This document shows, in pieces, positions 47,746-59,724 of a stretch of DNA of 64,000 nucleotides. The stretch's first letter is position 1. Every line of letters starts with the position of its first letter. Made by a program: the position numbers and the translations under genes. The notes below the pieces were generated by a model. The model did no database searches and was not told the DNA's origin. It saw nothing but the letters and a program-made list of their open reading frames with translations. The DNA is from Macrostomum hystrix. Taxonomy: Eukaryota > Animalia > Platyhelminthes. Where the stretch lies: positions 8,308,001 to 8,372,000 of the forward strand of contig CATNEN010000007.1 of the NCBI GenBank assembly GCA_950097015.1, read 5' to 3'.

Positions 47746-50700
47746 ACTTCCCTAGCCTTGAAGCAGCTGCAGCAGCAAAACAACACGGAAAGCAAACGCC
47801 GGGATCCCTTTGAGTCTAGTCTCAGTCCCCAGCTATTGCTACAGGGCGGCTCCGCTCTGTATCAATAAGCCGAATGAAAAAGCCGAAGGAACCCGCTGAT
47901 GGGGGCGGCAGGTGAGTGCGCGAGGACGGGACAAAAATCCCCTCACCTCTGACGCGCCTCCCCCCCTCTCTCTCTCTCTCTCGTCTTTTTAATGCCCTAA
48001 TGAGGATCTTCCGTCCCGGTGAGTTGCTGGGCGGAGATGACGGGTCCGGCCCCCATCCGCTGCGGCCTCTCTAAAGGGTCCACCTGAGCTTGAGCAGCTG
48101 GCTTCGGCACGCTCGCGAGTTCAGAAACTTGGCTGAGCAGTGTTGCAGCCACTCGACAAGCCTGAACTATGAGTTCGTGAGAACGCCTGTGTATTCAGTT
48201 TCTTGAGCACAGCAGCAGCTAGCGGGTCTGTGACTAGTTTAGCCACAACCGCGGATACTACAGGGAGGGAGGTTGTGGGCAACAACAAGCCCGCACTGCT
48301 CACAAAGGCGCTTCGCTGCACGCGCACACACGAGAGTGTTCGATAAATCAATCGCCTGCTGCGATGCAACGGGGAGGAGGTGCTGGAGGCATGGAAGGCA
48401 GGGAGGGAGAGGGGCAGCAGGCTAATCTCCCTCCCTGCTCGGTCTTTTGCTTTGCTTGCTCAAACAAATTTGGAATTGAGGCTGAGAAGATGGAAATTTT
48501 CTGACCAGCTGTTGCTGCCTGTCGAACGGACTCAAACTCGAGCTCTGCTCAGAACTTGACACCGCGCCGGCCAACTCACCTTTCATGTAGTTGAGAGCGA
48601 TCTTCTGCGGGTCGCTGATCACCTCGCCGTTGTGGACGTATGTCGTCCTGAAGTTGATGAGGATGTCGGCAATGAAGGTCACGTCGACTATGAGATCGAT
48701 GATCACCAGGGGGTCCGGGTGATTCGATTGCGACACTGAGGAGCGGGTCTTGGAGTCCTGAAATGCGGAGTTCGATTACAGCCGATGTTTGCTCAAGTGG
48801 AACAGCCTGAGTAACACCTGCTCGTGAAATAATTTATTAAATTGAAATCATCTGCACAACCGTTCAGTTTCTTTGACACTGGGGCATGACAAGTTTCACG
48901 AAGGCAATTCAGACTCAGACTCAGAAGTGTACGACGGGTTTCTTATCGGGCTCATTGATTACAGACCTATGAGTCATTCACCACAAATATGACTCATTGA
49001 TTGCAGATCTATGACTCATTCACCACAAATATGACTCATTGATTACAGACCTATGACTCATTCACCACAAATATGACTCATTGATTACAGACCTATGACT
49101 CATTCACCACAAATATGACTCATTGATTACAGACCTATGACTCATTCACTACAAATATGACTCATTGATTACAGACCTATGACTCATTCACTACAAATAT
49201 GACTCATTGATTACAGACCTATGACTCATTCACTACAAATATGACTCATTGATTACAGACCTATGACTCATTCACCACAAATATGACTCATTGATTACAG
49301 ATCTATGACTCATTCACCACAAATATGACTCATTGATTACAGACCTATGACTCATTCGCCACAAATATGACTCATTGATTACAGATCTGTGACTCATTCG
49401 CCACAAATATGACTCATTGATTACAGACCTATGACTCATTCACCACAAATATGACTCATTGATTACAGATCTATGACTCATTCACCACAAATATGACTCA
49501 TTGATTACACACCTATGACTCATCCATCACAAAGATCCATCCGACTCATTAAAGTCATTTATTACAAACTTATAACTCATCCAGCACAAACCTATGGCTC
49601 ATTCATAACGAACCTATGACTCATTTATCACAAAACGTATTACTTATTAAAGTCGTTCATCACAGTCCTATGACTCATTTGAATTATTCATCACAGATTT
49701 ATGACAATTGTTCACAGACTATGACCCATTCATCATGGACCGATGACTCATTATCTCTAGCTTGTTCATCAAAAGACAATCACTAGCTCGTTTGCCAGAA
49801 GCAGTAAACAATATAAGCTTGAAATTCCAATTAATCAGCTCCAATCAGTAGCTGTTCTCACCTCGTTCAGCTTCATTTTTGTCTTATCCTCGTTGAGCAG
49901 GAAGGCGGCAGTGTACGGCGTGAACACAGCCGTGTACAGCACCAGCATGAGGATCACCCAGTCCCACACCGCTTTGAATGGCGAGTAGTGCAAAATGACG
50001 AATCTGCGATTGGAATTCGAAACTTGTTACTGACACTACAGGCTTAGCAAAATTCAGCTAGTAAGCATTGTGCCATGAATATGCCGGGTGGATATATTGT
50101 GTCAGGTAGCATTGTGTCAGGTAGCATTGTGTCAGGTAGCATTGTGTCAGGTAGCATTGTGTCAGGTAGCATTGTGTCAGGTAGCATTGTGTCAGGTAGC
50201 ATTGTGTCAGGTAGCATTGTGTCAGGTAGCATTGTGTCAGGTAGCACTGTGTCAGGTAGCATTTTGTCAGGTAGCATTGTGTCAGGTATCATTGTGTCAG
50301 GTAGCATTGTGTCAGGTAGCATTGTGTCAGGTAGCATTGTGTCAGGTAGCATTGTGTCAGGTAGCATTGTGTCAGGTAGCACTGTGTCAGGTATCATTGT
50401 GTCAGGTAGCATTGTGTCAGGTAGCATTGTGTCAGGTAGCATTGTGTCAGGTAGCATTGTGTCAGGTAGCATTGTGTCAGGTAGCATTGTGTCAGGTAGC
50501 ACTGTGTCAGGTAGCATTTTGTCAGGTAGCTCATATTGTGTCACCTGGGAAAGGTCTGCCTGGCCTGGTACTGAGCCTGGGCCAGCACATTCTCGTGTTC
50601 ATCGAATTGGACGGAGCCCCCGGCGGCTTCAGTGACAGCCGAGGGGGTCATTGGGTCGCCCTCGCCCTCGCCGTCGCTGCAGCTGTCGTCGGAGTCGTCG

Positions 50701-52035
50701 TTGATTCCGCGGCGATCACGCCGCCTGTGCAGCTGCGGCTGCTGATGCTGCGGAGCCAACTCCAGCATCGGCGACTCGTCTCGGTCGAAGAAATTCGTGC
50801 CTCCCCTTGCAGAAGGTTGGGGAGATTTGCTCTCATTTCTGCTGATCCCAAATACGGACTTAATCCGACCCAAAACCTGAAGAATTAATTCTTAACCCTA
50901 ATGAAAAAATCTCAAATCCTTTGAAAAATCCTTAAATTCAATGGACTAAATAAAAAATCTAATCGAATAAATCGAATCCCAAATCTCTGAATAAATCCCA
51001 AATCTCAGAATAAATCCCAAATCTCATAGAATGAATCCCACATCTCAGAATAAATCCCAAATCTCAGAATAAATCCCAAATCTCAGAATAAATCCCAAAT
51101 CTCATAGAATCAATCCCAAATCTCATTGAATGAATCCCAAATGTCATAGAATGAATCCCAAATCTCAGAATAAATCCCAAATCTCAGAATAAATTCCAAA
51201 TCTCATAGAATGAATCCCAAGTCTCATAGAATGAATTCCAAATCTCATAGAATCAGTCCCAAATCTCATAGAATCAGTCCCAAATCTCTTAGAATCAATC
51301 CCAAATCTCATAGAATCAATCCCAAATCTCATAGAATCAATCCAAAATCTCATACTAGCTAGAATAAAACCCTGATCGCATGGGATGAATCCCAGTCGCT
51401 CCTGTCTCAAATCTCACTCACCTGTGCTGCTGATGCTGCTGATGCTGCTGATGCTGCTGATGCTGCTGATGCTGCTGATGAGGCTGATGAGGCTGGGCAT
51501 GCGGCCAGTCCGTAGGCTGATTGCTGACCCAAATGTCCGGCCTGAGAATGAATGAGGCATTAAAGACAGACTGAGACTGAGCTCACCCGCTGCCGCGTAC
51601 TCAAATTAGCCTGCCGCGCCCTTGCGAGTGCTTCACAGACAGAACCGCCTACCTGCTGGTTTTATTTCTCTAATGATGGCGTACCGCTTTCAACATAGGG
51701 GGCTTGCAGCAGCCTGTGAATTGCTGGGACACTTGCCTAAAGTACTTTATGTGAGCAATTGACAATGCTCACCTGACATAGTCAGAGGCCAGGGACTTCA
51801 GCGGCAGTGGCTGCAGCGCGTGTTGCATCTGCTGGGCGGATGTCCCGGATGTGGACGGCCCGCTGCCGCCGCCGCCGCCGCCCGCTGTCTTCGGCACGCC
51901 GGACATGGCGAAAGCGGTCTGCCCAGTTCGAGTCCGCAGCATGAGCACGCGGCTGCCCTTGTGCACGAGAGTTGCCGGGGTGCCCGCCTCGGCTGGGTGG
52001 ACAACAACGCCTGGAGTGACGAGCTCAGGCGCTGC

Positions 52036-52067
<32 letters not shown>

Positions 52068-52128
52068 AGTGCTGACTGGCTGAAGTCTTGTGAGCGAGCG
52101 GGCTGCCCGACCAGCCCGGGTTCTCCAT
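42322..52128 (-). CDS. KCNH2: ERG-subfamily voltage-gated K+ channel (KCNH2/6/7-like); 5' exons uncertain
   Basis: Phase-consistent exons 50876-50545, 50003-49862 ([13 protein letters not shown]), 48757-48580 ([11 protein letters not shown]), 45409-45138 (S4 [24 protein letters not shown]), 44744-44370 (pore [13 protein letters not shown]), 44276-44087 (C-linker [12 protein letters not shown]), 43697-43281 (CNBHD, FNL motif), 43022-42782, 42613-42322 (coiled coil). Candidate upstream exons 51541-51422 and about 52144-51773. Confidence 0.92.
44758..44920. repeat. 18-bp minisatellite next to a splice acceptor
   Basis: GTAGACAGGAGAGAGATG tandem. Confidence 0.93.
47340..47490. repeat. (GATA)n microsatellite
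   Basis: Seen directly in the sequence. Confidence 0.95.
48950..49750. repeat. 42-bp minisatellite of ATGACTCAT-containing subunits, degenerate after about 49530
   Basis: GACTCATTGATTACAGACCTATGACTCATTCACCACAAATAT tandem. Confidence 0.93.
50095..50541. repeat. 15-bp minisatellite abutting a splice donor
   Basis: TGTGTCAGGTAGCAT tandem. Confidence 0.96.
50975..51352. repeat. 18-21-bp minisatellite
   Basis: AATCCCAAATCTCA(TA)GAAT variants. Confidence 0.9.
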
Positions 52129-53089
52129 ATCGGCTGGCGGGAATCTGCAAGCGGTATTTCTGTTTACTTGCTGCTAACCCATGCATTTCTGCTGTATGGC
52201 TGATGGATGGTGCACTTTTTCTCTGACCCGGGTCTCGTCTGCGTGACCCACCGGATTCTAATACTCCGGCAGACAACTCGAGTCTGCCAGCTTGCTCTGG
52301 CTCTAATCCATGTTTCTATTAACTCCCTTTCTTCCCAGTAGTTCTATTTTATCCCACCGACTTCCTCCTTCAGTGCCCGGCTGTGTTTCAGCCATCGGCT
52401 TCAACAGTTTGCGCTGGCTCTATTCTGGGAAACGCCGCCACCGCCACCGCCGACGCCCAACGATTAATCAGAGTGCAGTTAATCATCTCTGCAGCTCGGA
52501 GCTCGCGGCGGCTGCGGCGGCGACGGAGGAGGCGGAGTGCGGGTGACACGAAGCAATTTCTGCCCGATCTCATCTCATTTCGTCGACTGCCTAAACGGGA
52601 GAGTCAGGAGAAAGAGGTGCGAGCAGAGAAAGAAAAGGCGGCGGGAGAATTACCTGGCCTGCCACAAGCAGAAGACATACTTCATCTTCTCCCAGATTCT
52701 TTCAGCCGCCCCGGGGGCAGACGAGGCCAGTAATTGCCGACTAGGTTTTTGAATTTCCTGTCCCAAAATCTTCCTCAAATTTGGGATCTTCAAGAGGCAT
52801 TGCCGCAGTAATTTCGCAATTTGCTTTGCTTTGGGGTGGTAACTGCCCGTGCCCCCAGGCCTGAATCTGTTTAATTTATTTCTATGCGCAGTCACTGATT
52901 TTTAATGGGAACTACCGCACCTGCTGCTCAAACTGCTCAGCCTTTCTGCTTTCCCTGAGCGACAGAAGGAGGCATGGGTTGAGCAGACTCCCTCAGGGAC
53001 TCAGGGACTGAGATTTCAACTGGAGCCGCATTATTTAGAGGGATGCCAAATTGGGATCTTCGTCAGAAAGACTATCAATCAATTCACGA

Positions 53090-53467
53090 CTCGGATCCAT
53101 CAGATCAGGATTGGGATCCATCAGATCAGGATTGTGATCCATCAGATCAGGATTGGGATCCATCAGATCAGGATTGTGATCCATCAGATCAGGATTGGGA
53201 TCCATCAGATCGTTTGGGATCCATCAGATCAGGATTGTGATCCATCAGATCAGGATTGGGATCCATCAGATCAGGATTGGGATCCATCAGATCAGGATTG
53301 TGATCCATCAGATCAGGATTGGGATCCATCAGATCGTTTGGGATCCATCAGATCAAGATTGGGACCCATCAGATCAGGATTGTGATCCATCAGATCAGGA
53401 TTGGGATCCATCAGATCAGGATTGTGATCCATCAGATCAGGATTGTGATCCATCAGATCAGGATTGT
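53090..53467. repeat. 21-bp minisatellite
   Basis: GATCCATCAGATCAGGATTG(G/T) tandem. Confidence 0.94.
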
Positions 53468-53904
53468 ACAAAAAGTGTCGCTCACCATGGTGCTGATAAA
53501 ATGAAGAAATTGGCAGACGAGAAAAAATCTAGTTTTTTCGAGTTACTGGTTGATTTAAATCTGCATCGCATGCTAATGTGTGGTCTCAATTTTTAAGGCC
53601 TCGAGAAGATCGGAGCTGGGGATGACTTGCTGACAGACAGAGGAGCTGGGAACTGAGAGCTCATGGGATTGGGGACTGCGCTGAACTCAGTGCTCTAGGA
53701 TTGGCCAATCGGCTGGTCAGGGTTTTAGCTGGGCCTTGAGCAGCTCTGGCTGTTGTGAATCTTTTTCATAACCAGAAGCTGTTATTAATCATCAGAACTC
53801 AGTCTGAGTTTAGGGAAATAAAAATGGGATTTTTTATTAATTATGCGCACACAGAAATTACATATGAATATATTTATTACCAGCAACAAAAAAACCCTCA
53901 TGCT

Positions 53905-54375
53905 CACACTCCCTACACTCCCTACACTCCCTACACTCCCTACACTCCCTACACTCCCTACACTCCCTACAATCCCTACAATACCTACACTCCCTTCACT
54001 CCCTACAATACCTACACTCCCTACACTCCCTACACTCCCTACAATCCCTACACTCCCTAAACTCCCTACAATCCCTACAATACCTACACTCCCTACACTC
54101 CCTACACTCCCTACACTCCCTACAATACCTACACTCCCTTCACTCCCTACACTCCCTACAATCCCTACACTCCCTACACTCCCTACAATCCCTACACTCC
54201 CTACACTCCCTACACTTCCTACACTCCCTACACTCCCTACACTCCCTACAATCCCTACACTCCCTACAATCCCTACACTCCCTACAATCCCTACAATCCC
54301 TACAATCCCTACAATCCCTACACTCCCTACACTCCCTACACTCCCTACAATCCCTACACTCCCTACAATCCCTAA
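53905..54375. repeat. 9-bp minisatellite
   Basis: CTACA(C/A)TCC tandem. Confidence 0.94.
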
Positions 54376-55064
54376 ATTCCCCAGACCATTCCAGAGCATA
54401 TCACTGTACCAGATGGGATCAGACGGAGCAGCATCAAGCGGCAGTTTTAGGCCAAAAATTGCCTGTCTCAAAGCAATGGGCCGCGCCACGATCAGTGTGC
54501 TAATAAACGCTGCGCTCTGGAAGCCAGCAATGATGCATGTGTGCACACGAGCCACAATGCGCTGCCCTCTCATTCTGGACTCTCCCCTAGTGGAGGGCAT
54601 TGTTTGCCAAAATTCCCCAGCAGGAAATGAGAGAGGGTGAGAGAGAGGGAGGGAGAGATGCGGCGGGCGCTTTACTCTCCTTTTTCCTTCCTTCTTCACG
54701 CAGGCAACAAACGGACGAGCCAAACTTGACCCACTGGGCGGGCGGGCATTGTGCTCACCAAGGTGCCCACAATGAGAGCAGGAGGAGAAGGACGGCATAA
54801 ACGGGACAGAACCTTGATGATTGGAGCCTTGACAGTCTGACAGACACTTCGATGACAGCTCACTCGAACTGGTGCTGGCTGCAACGGCTTCTTAATCAAT
54901 GATGCTTCGCTTAATGAACTCTGAAGTTGCTGCCTTTGATTTGATTAGGAAAATCTGGCTGCTGTGGAACTCAGAATGGGTGCAAGTTGAACTGAATCCA
55001 TTGTTGTGTTTGTAGTTGCTAGGTGTTAAGGACTATCTCCAGTGCATCCTACCGGTCTAAGCAG

Positions 55065-55289
<225 letters not shown>

Positions 55290-56490
55290 GCCTTACTAAC
55301 AGTAGTATCAAAGGTACATAAAGAGCACACAAAAATCCCTCGGACTGCTAGAACAGGCTTGATAAAAGCAAGAATTTATATCAGATTTCTTCTCGCCATC
55401 AAAGCGAAATGTCGTGACTGATAGCTGAGGACGCGACATGAGGCGGCCTCTATAATGCGAGCCGCAAACACGGCAGTCTCCCCAACCCCTCCACTTAGCC
55501 GTCGCTTTCCCAACCCCAGCTGGGATTCCTCGCAACAGCGCGACACGGAAAATGCGTTAAGGCTTCCAGGAAGCAGCCTATTGATCCAGTTGCGCCTCGC
55601 TGGCTGCGGCAGAAACAATGCCGGCGCAAGCTCCGTCCCGGATTCGCGCCGCACTGTTTGCAACTCCGCCCAGATGGGGCGCTCAGCCTCTGCGCTGCAT
55701 CGCGTCTCTCTCGCCCCATCCGCGTCTCCCAGCTTAACTACAGCTCACGTGGGAGTTTTTTGGGGAAGCACTTCACGCGGCTGATGCAGGAAATGCCCCC
55801 CCCACCCGGAGTGCCCAACTCAAGCATTGTGTGAGCACAGTTGATTTCAGAGGATAGTTTGTCTGAGTAAGGCTGTTTCTGCGCAGTGCTAAAATGTAAC
55901 CCCATGCCCTGAGTCACACGAGCTCAAAGCCAAGAGTTCGGCTTCTCACATTTGGGCTTCAATTTGAGACTGTCCCACAAAAGTTCCTCAGTTTCTCATT
56001 TTGTCTCTGTAGGCCACAGCCAGGAGCTGCGCTGAATCCCACATCCCAGATGCTAATGACCCGTTGCCAACGCCTGGCTTGCTTCTAGAAGATTTGTTTT
56101 CAGTCAGCCTTTGCTTTGTAAGATGCAGCAAAGGCTACTGGAGTCCGCCAGTACTGCCTGTTTTTATAGAGAATTCCCGCGGGAGGGAGTGAGGCGGGCA
56201 GAATGTCAACAACCCGGCTGTTTGCCCGCAGCCGACAAACACACTCGGCGCTGGCTGGTGAAGCCGCGAATTGTCGTTGAGAAGTCCCCAGCCTGATGGA
56301 CTTCCAAAAGCGCTTCTTTCCACTGCTAACCGTGACTAATGAATAAGTTACTTTCAAATAAACCGGTATATCTAATAGCGTTACTTTTCCTTAAGTGAAA
56401 AAAGTGTTTAAAATAAGTGATTTTCCCTCCCCTAATTGGGCCAGATGTGCTGCCGGCAGTCGCAGCCGCAGCTATTGCGCGGCGCATCTG

Positions 56491-56710
56491 AAGGCTGCGT
56501 ACAGCTGTTCAGTCCATGGACTGTGGCGACGCTACACCCACCCTCAATTACCCCCAGCTAATGCTTGGTCCCAATTAACTGCTGGGTGAACTGAAGCAAT
56601 GCAGAGTTTAGTGTCTTTCTAAAAGACACAAATTATTACTGTGGAGTTGGGAATCGAACCACTAACCTTCAAGTCGTGAGCCCGACGCTCTAACCACTAA
56701 CCACAACCAC
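56491..56710 (-). mobile_element. tRNA-derived SINE copy (same family as the 26.96-kb copy)
   Basis: Minus strand TGGTTAGTGGTTAGAGCG (A box) ... GGTTCGATTCC (B box), CACCCAGCAGTTAATTGGGACC core, CAGTCCATGGACTGAACAGCTGTACGCAGC tail. Tail fragments also occur at about 45463-45510 and about 12108-12140. Confidence 0.7.
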
Positions 56711-57504
56711 TTCAACTGTTGTAGTTCATTCAAAAGCGCTAGTTTCAGAAAAGCGTAAATGAAAAATCGTTACTTTACTTCAAAGACTTCTTCAAAAGCG
56801 TTACTTTCTTCATAAAACCGTTACTGTTGAATGCACTTTTTAAGACAAGGACCCGCGTCTCCAAAGTGCTTCTCAGGATAGAGCAGCCGGTTTGGCAGGT
56901 CGGCTCTCACAGGCAGCTATTATGCTAATTATCATTAGGGTGAGAGGGTCTGCCAGGACTGCTCAAAGCATGCTCCAGCTAGTACCTTCCCCCGGTTCAA
57001 TTCGGAAGTTTTTCAAAAAAGCAAAAAAACTCCCATGGGATTGAGCAGTTTTTGAGTCTGTCGGACACTCAACATGCAAATGAGCTGACGGGGTGGGCCT
57101 GGGGAGCTGCAAAATCAATCAGACTGCAGATCAATCAATTTTATTAGAACAGGCGCTAGCCGGGACACATTTCACTGCATTCACTGCAAATGGCCAGTTT
57201 GAGGGCAAGTGATAGACCGGACACACAAATTTCCTGTTAGATGGAGCCCATGGTGGATTCTGGGCCATATGCAATGCCACCGACAGCGAATGCGCAGTCA
57301 ATAAACTTTGCGCTGCCTTCGAGACCGAAACTGGGAAGACACATTCATCAATGCCGACATCGATCTCTGTCACTCTGAGAGCCACTTTCTGTCTGTGTGT
57401 TTCAAGTGCGCGCGCTGCCGTTTTTGTGAATGTTCGAGACAACAGCACAATGTCAGCTTACGGAGAAACACCACAAGCTGCTTCTTCTTAGGGATACTCA
57501 ATCT

Positions 57505-57852
57505 CAGCCTCTCCCTCCCTGCCTCTCCATGCCTCTCTGCTTCTCCCACCCTGCCTCTCCCTCCCTACCTCTCCCTGCTTCTCTCTGCCTCTCCCTCCCT
57601 GCCTATCTCTCCCTGCCTCTCCCTCCCTGCCTCTCTCTCCCTACCTCTCCCTCCCTGCCTCTCTCTCCCTTCCTCTGTCTCCCTGCCTCTCCCTGCTTCT
57701 CTCTCTCTGCCTCTCTCTCCCTGCCTCTCTCTCCCTTCCTCTGTCTCCCTGCCTCTCCCTGCTTCTCTCTCTCTCTGCCTCTCCCTCCCTACCTCTCCCT
57801 CCCTGCCTCTCCCTCCCTTCCTCTCGCTGCCTCTTCCTCCCTGCCTCTCCCC
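57505..57852. repeat. CT-rich low-complexity repeat
   Basis: CTCTCCCTGC-like units. Confidence 0.85.
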
Positions 57853-58579
57853 TTGTTTGTGTTACCACAACGCTAGGCAATGACCAGCATAACGGAAGTT
57901 GGGCCGCAGGTTCGTCTACATCCATAAGTGCTTGCCGGCCCTTGCGGCCCCAACAGGCAAAGCATCGAAAGTCATTTTCAATGAGCCGCAAAAATGCTTC
58001 AATGCTTCTACAACAGAAATCGCGATGGAGCCCCGGACTGAAGCAGCGAATGCATAATTAACTTTCCCCTACCGTCCGACGATTCCCGCCCACTCACACT
58101 GTGCCCACCTGGTCCACTTGAAGGCAGGCAAGGAAAAGGGAAAACAAATGTATTGCGGAAAATGCAGGATGGGAGGCGGGGTGGGGGCTGAAGACGAGAC
58201 AGCTCCTGGCTGGGTGAGAAAAAACTCCGTTAAGCAGAATGGAATGAAATGTCAGACTGAGACAGGTTGGGAAAAATCTCCTATACGTGCGGGAGATAAG
58301 AGCCGGAAAATGAGGAAGATTTCGCGGGATCATCCCCTGCCCTGTACCTGATCCCACAACCGAATTGAGCATGCAACTTCTGCTCATTATTAGGCGAGGG
58401 ATGGGATAATCTGCCAGTCATTAAAATTCCCAGTACGTCAACAGACTTCAAGTCACGGCGAGAAGCACGGAGGCTGCTAATGATGGGGATAAGAAGAAGA
58501 AATGTTGATCTAGAAAATTTAAGAATTAAAAAGTAAAATGACTGGCGTCACAACAGGAAAAAAAGTTGGGCGATGATAG

Positions 58580-58880
58580 GAGAAATGGGAGAGATGGGAG
58601 AAATAGTGAGATTAAGAAATAATTGGAGAAATATTGAGATTATAGGATATTGGGAGAAATGGTGAGGTTATGGGATATTGGGAGAAATGATGAGGTCATG
58701 GGATATTGGGAGAAATAGTGAGATTATGGGATATTGGGAGAAATAGTGAGATTATGGGATATTGGGAGAAATGGTCAGGTTATGGGATATTGGGAGAAAT
58801 AATGAGATTATGGGATATTGGTAGAAATATTGGGATTATGGGATAATGGTAGAAATAGTATCATTATGGGATAATAGGAG
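58580..58880. repeat. About 28-bp degenerate minisatellite
   Basis: GGGATATTGGGAGAAATAGTGAGATTAT-like units. Confidence 0.85.
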
Positions 58881-59724
58881 ACAGCTTTTGGGGAACAGGG
58901 TATATTATTACTCCTGAGCAAAGATAATATATGAAACTGAATCAGCGGGGCTCATTACCATCAGAAGACAAAGCGGCGAGTCAGGTGCGCATCTGTCCTG
59001 ATTTCTAAGAAAGGCCAGGAATGCAATGAAAATCATCGGCACAGACTGCAGAATGGCTTGGCCGGGCTCGGGAACAGATAGGGGATCTGGGAGGATGGGA
59101 GTCACAGTTCAGGGAAGATGCGGGCGGGTCCAACATCAGGACAGATGCGGGAGGCTGCAGGCATGGGCGTTGTAATTTCGCAAATGAATGTGGAGTGTAT
59201 ATATTTAGCTTTGAAGACAGAGGCATAGAGACACAGAGAGACAGATAGCGAGGCCCGCCATTGGGATTGAGAGCAGCCGCGCCAGCTAATAGTCGAGTCG
59301 AAGGAAACGCGATCCGCCTCGGTGGCCTGGGATCTGAGGACAGGACAGGCGAGGAGGAGGTGGCGGATCGGCCCGCTAATGAGGTGGGCCCGGAGACTCC
59401 AGCGGATGCCAGCGAGGCAACTCGACCTGCTAGCTGGGCAAGGTGGCCGACGGTAGCCGGGGCATAAAAACCGGCCTCTCTTAATGACAACGAAATGACC
59501 GACCAGCTGGGTTTGACCCAACTTCCCGAGTCCAATCTTTTCCAGTGTTAAAAATAGAAAAAGAAATGTCACCTAGAACTGTTCAACCAGCTGTACGCAG
59601 CTATTGCGTGGCGCTACCAAAGACCATGCTGCACTGCCCGTGGAATTCTAGCTTTAACAAGCAAAGAGTCCGGCTTATACAAAGTCATTCAGGGGATTAT
59701 AGAGGATCTGTATCCCTCCGTTCT

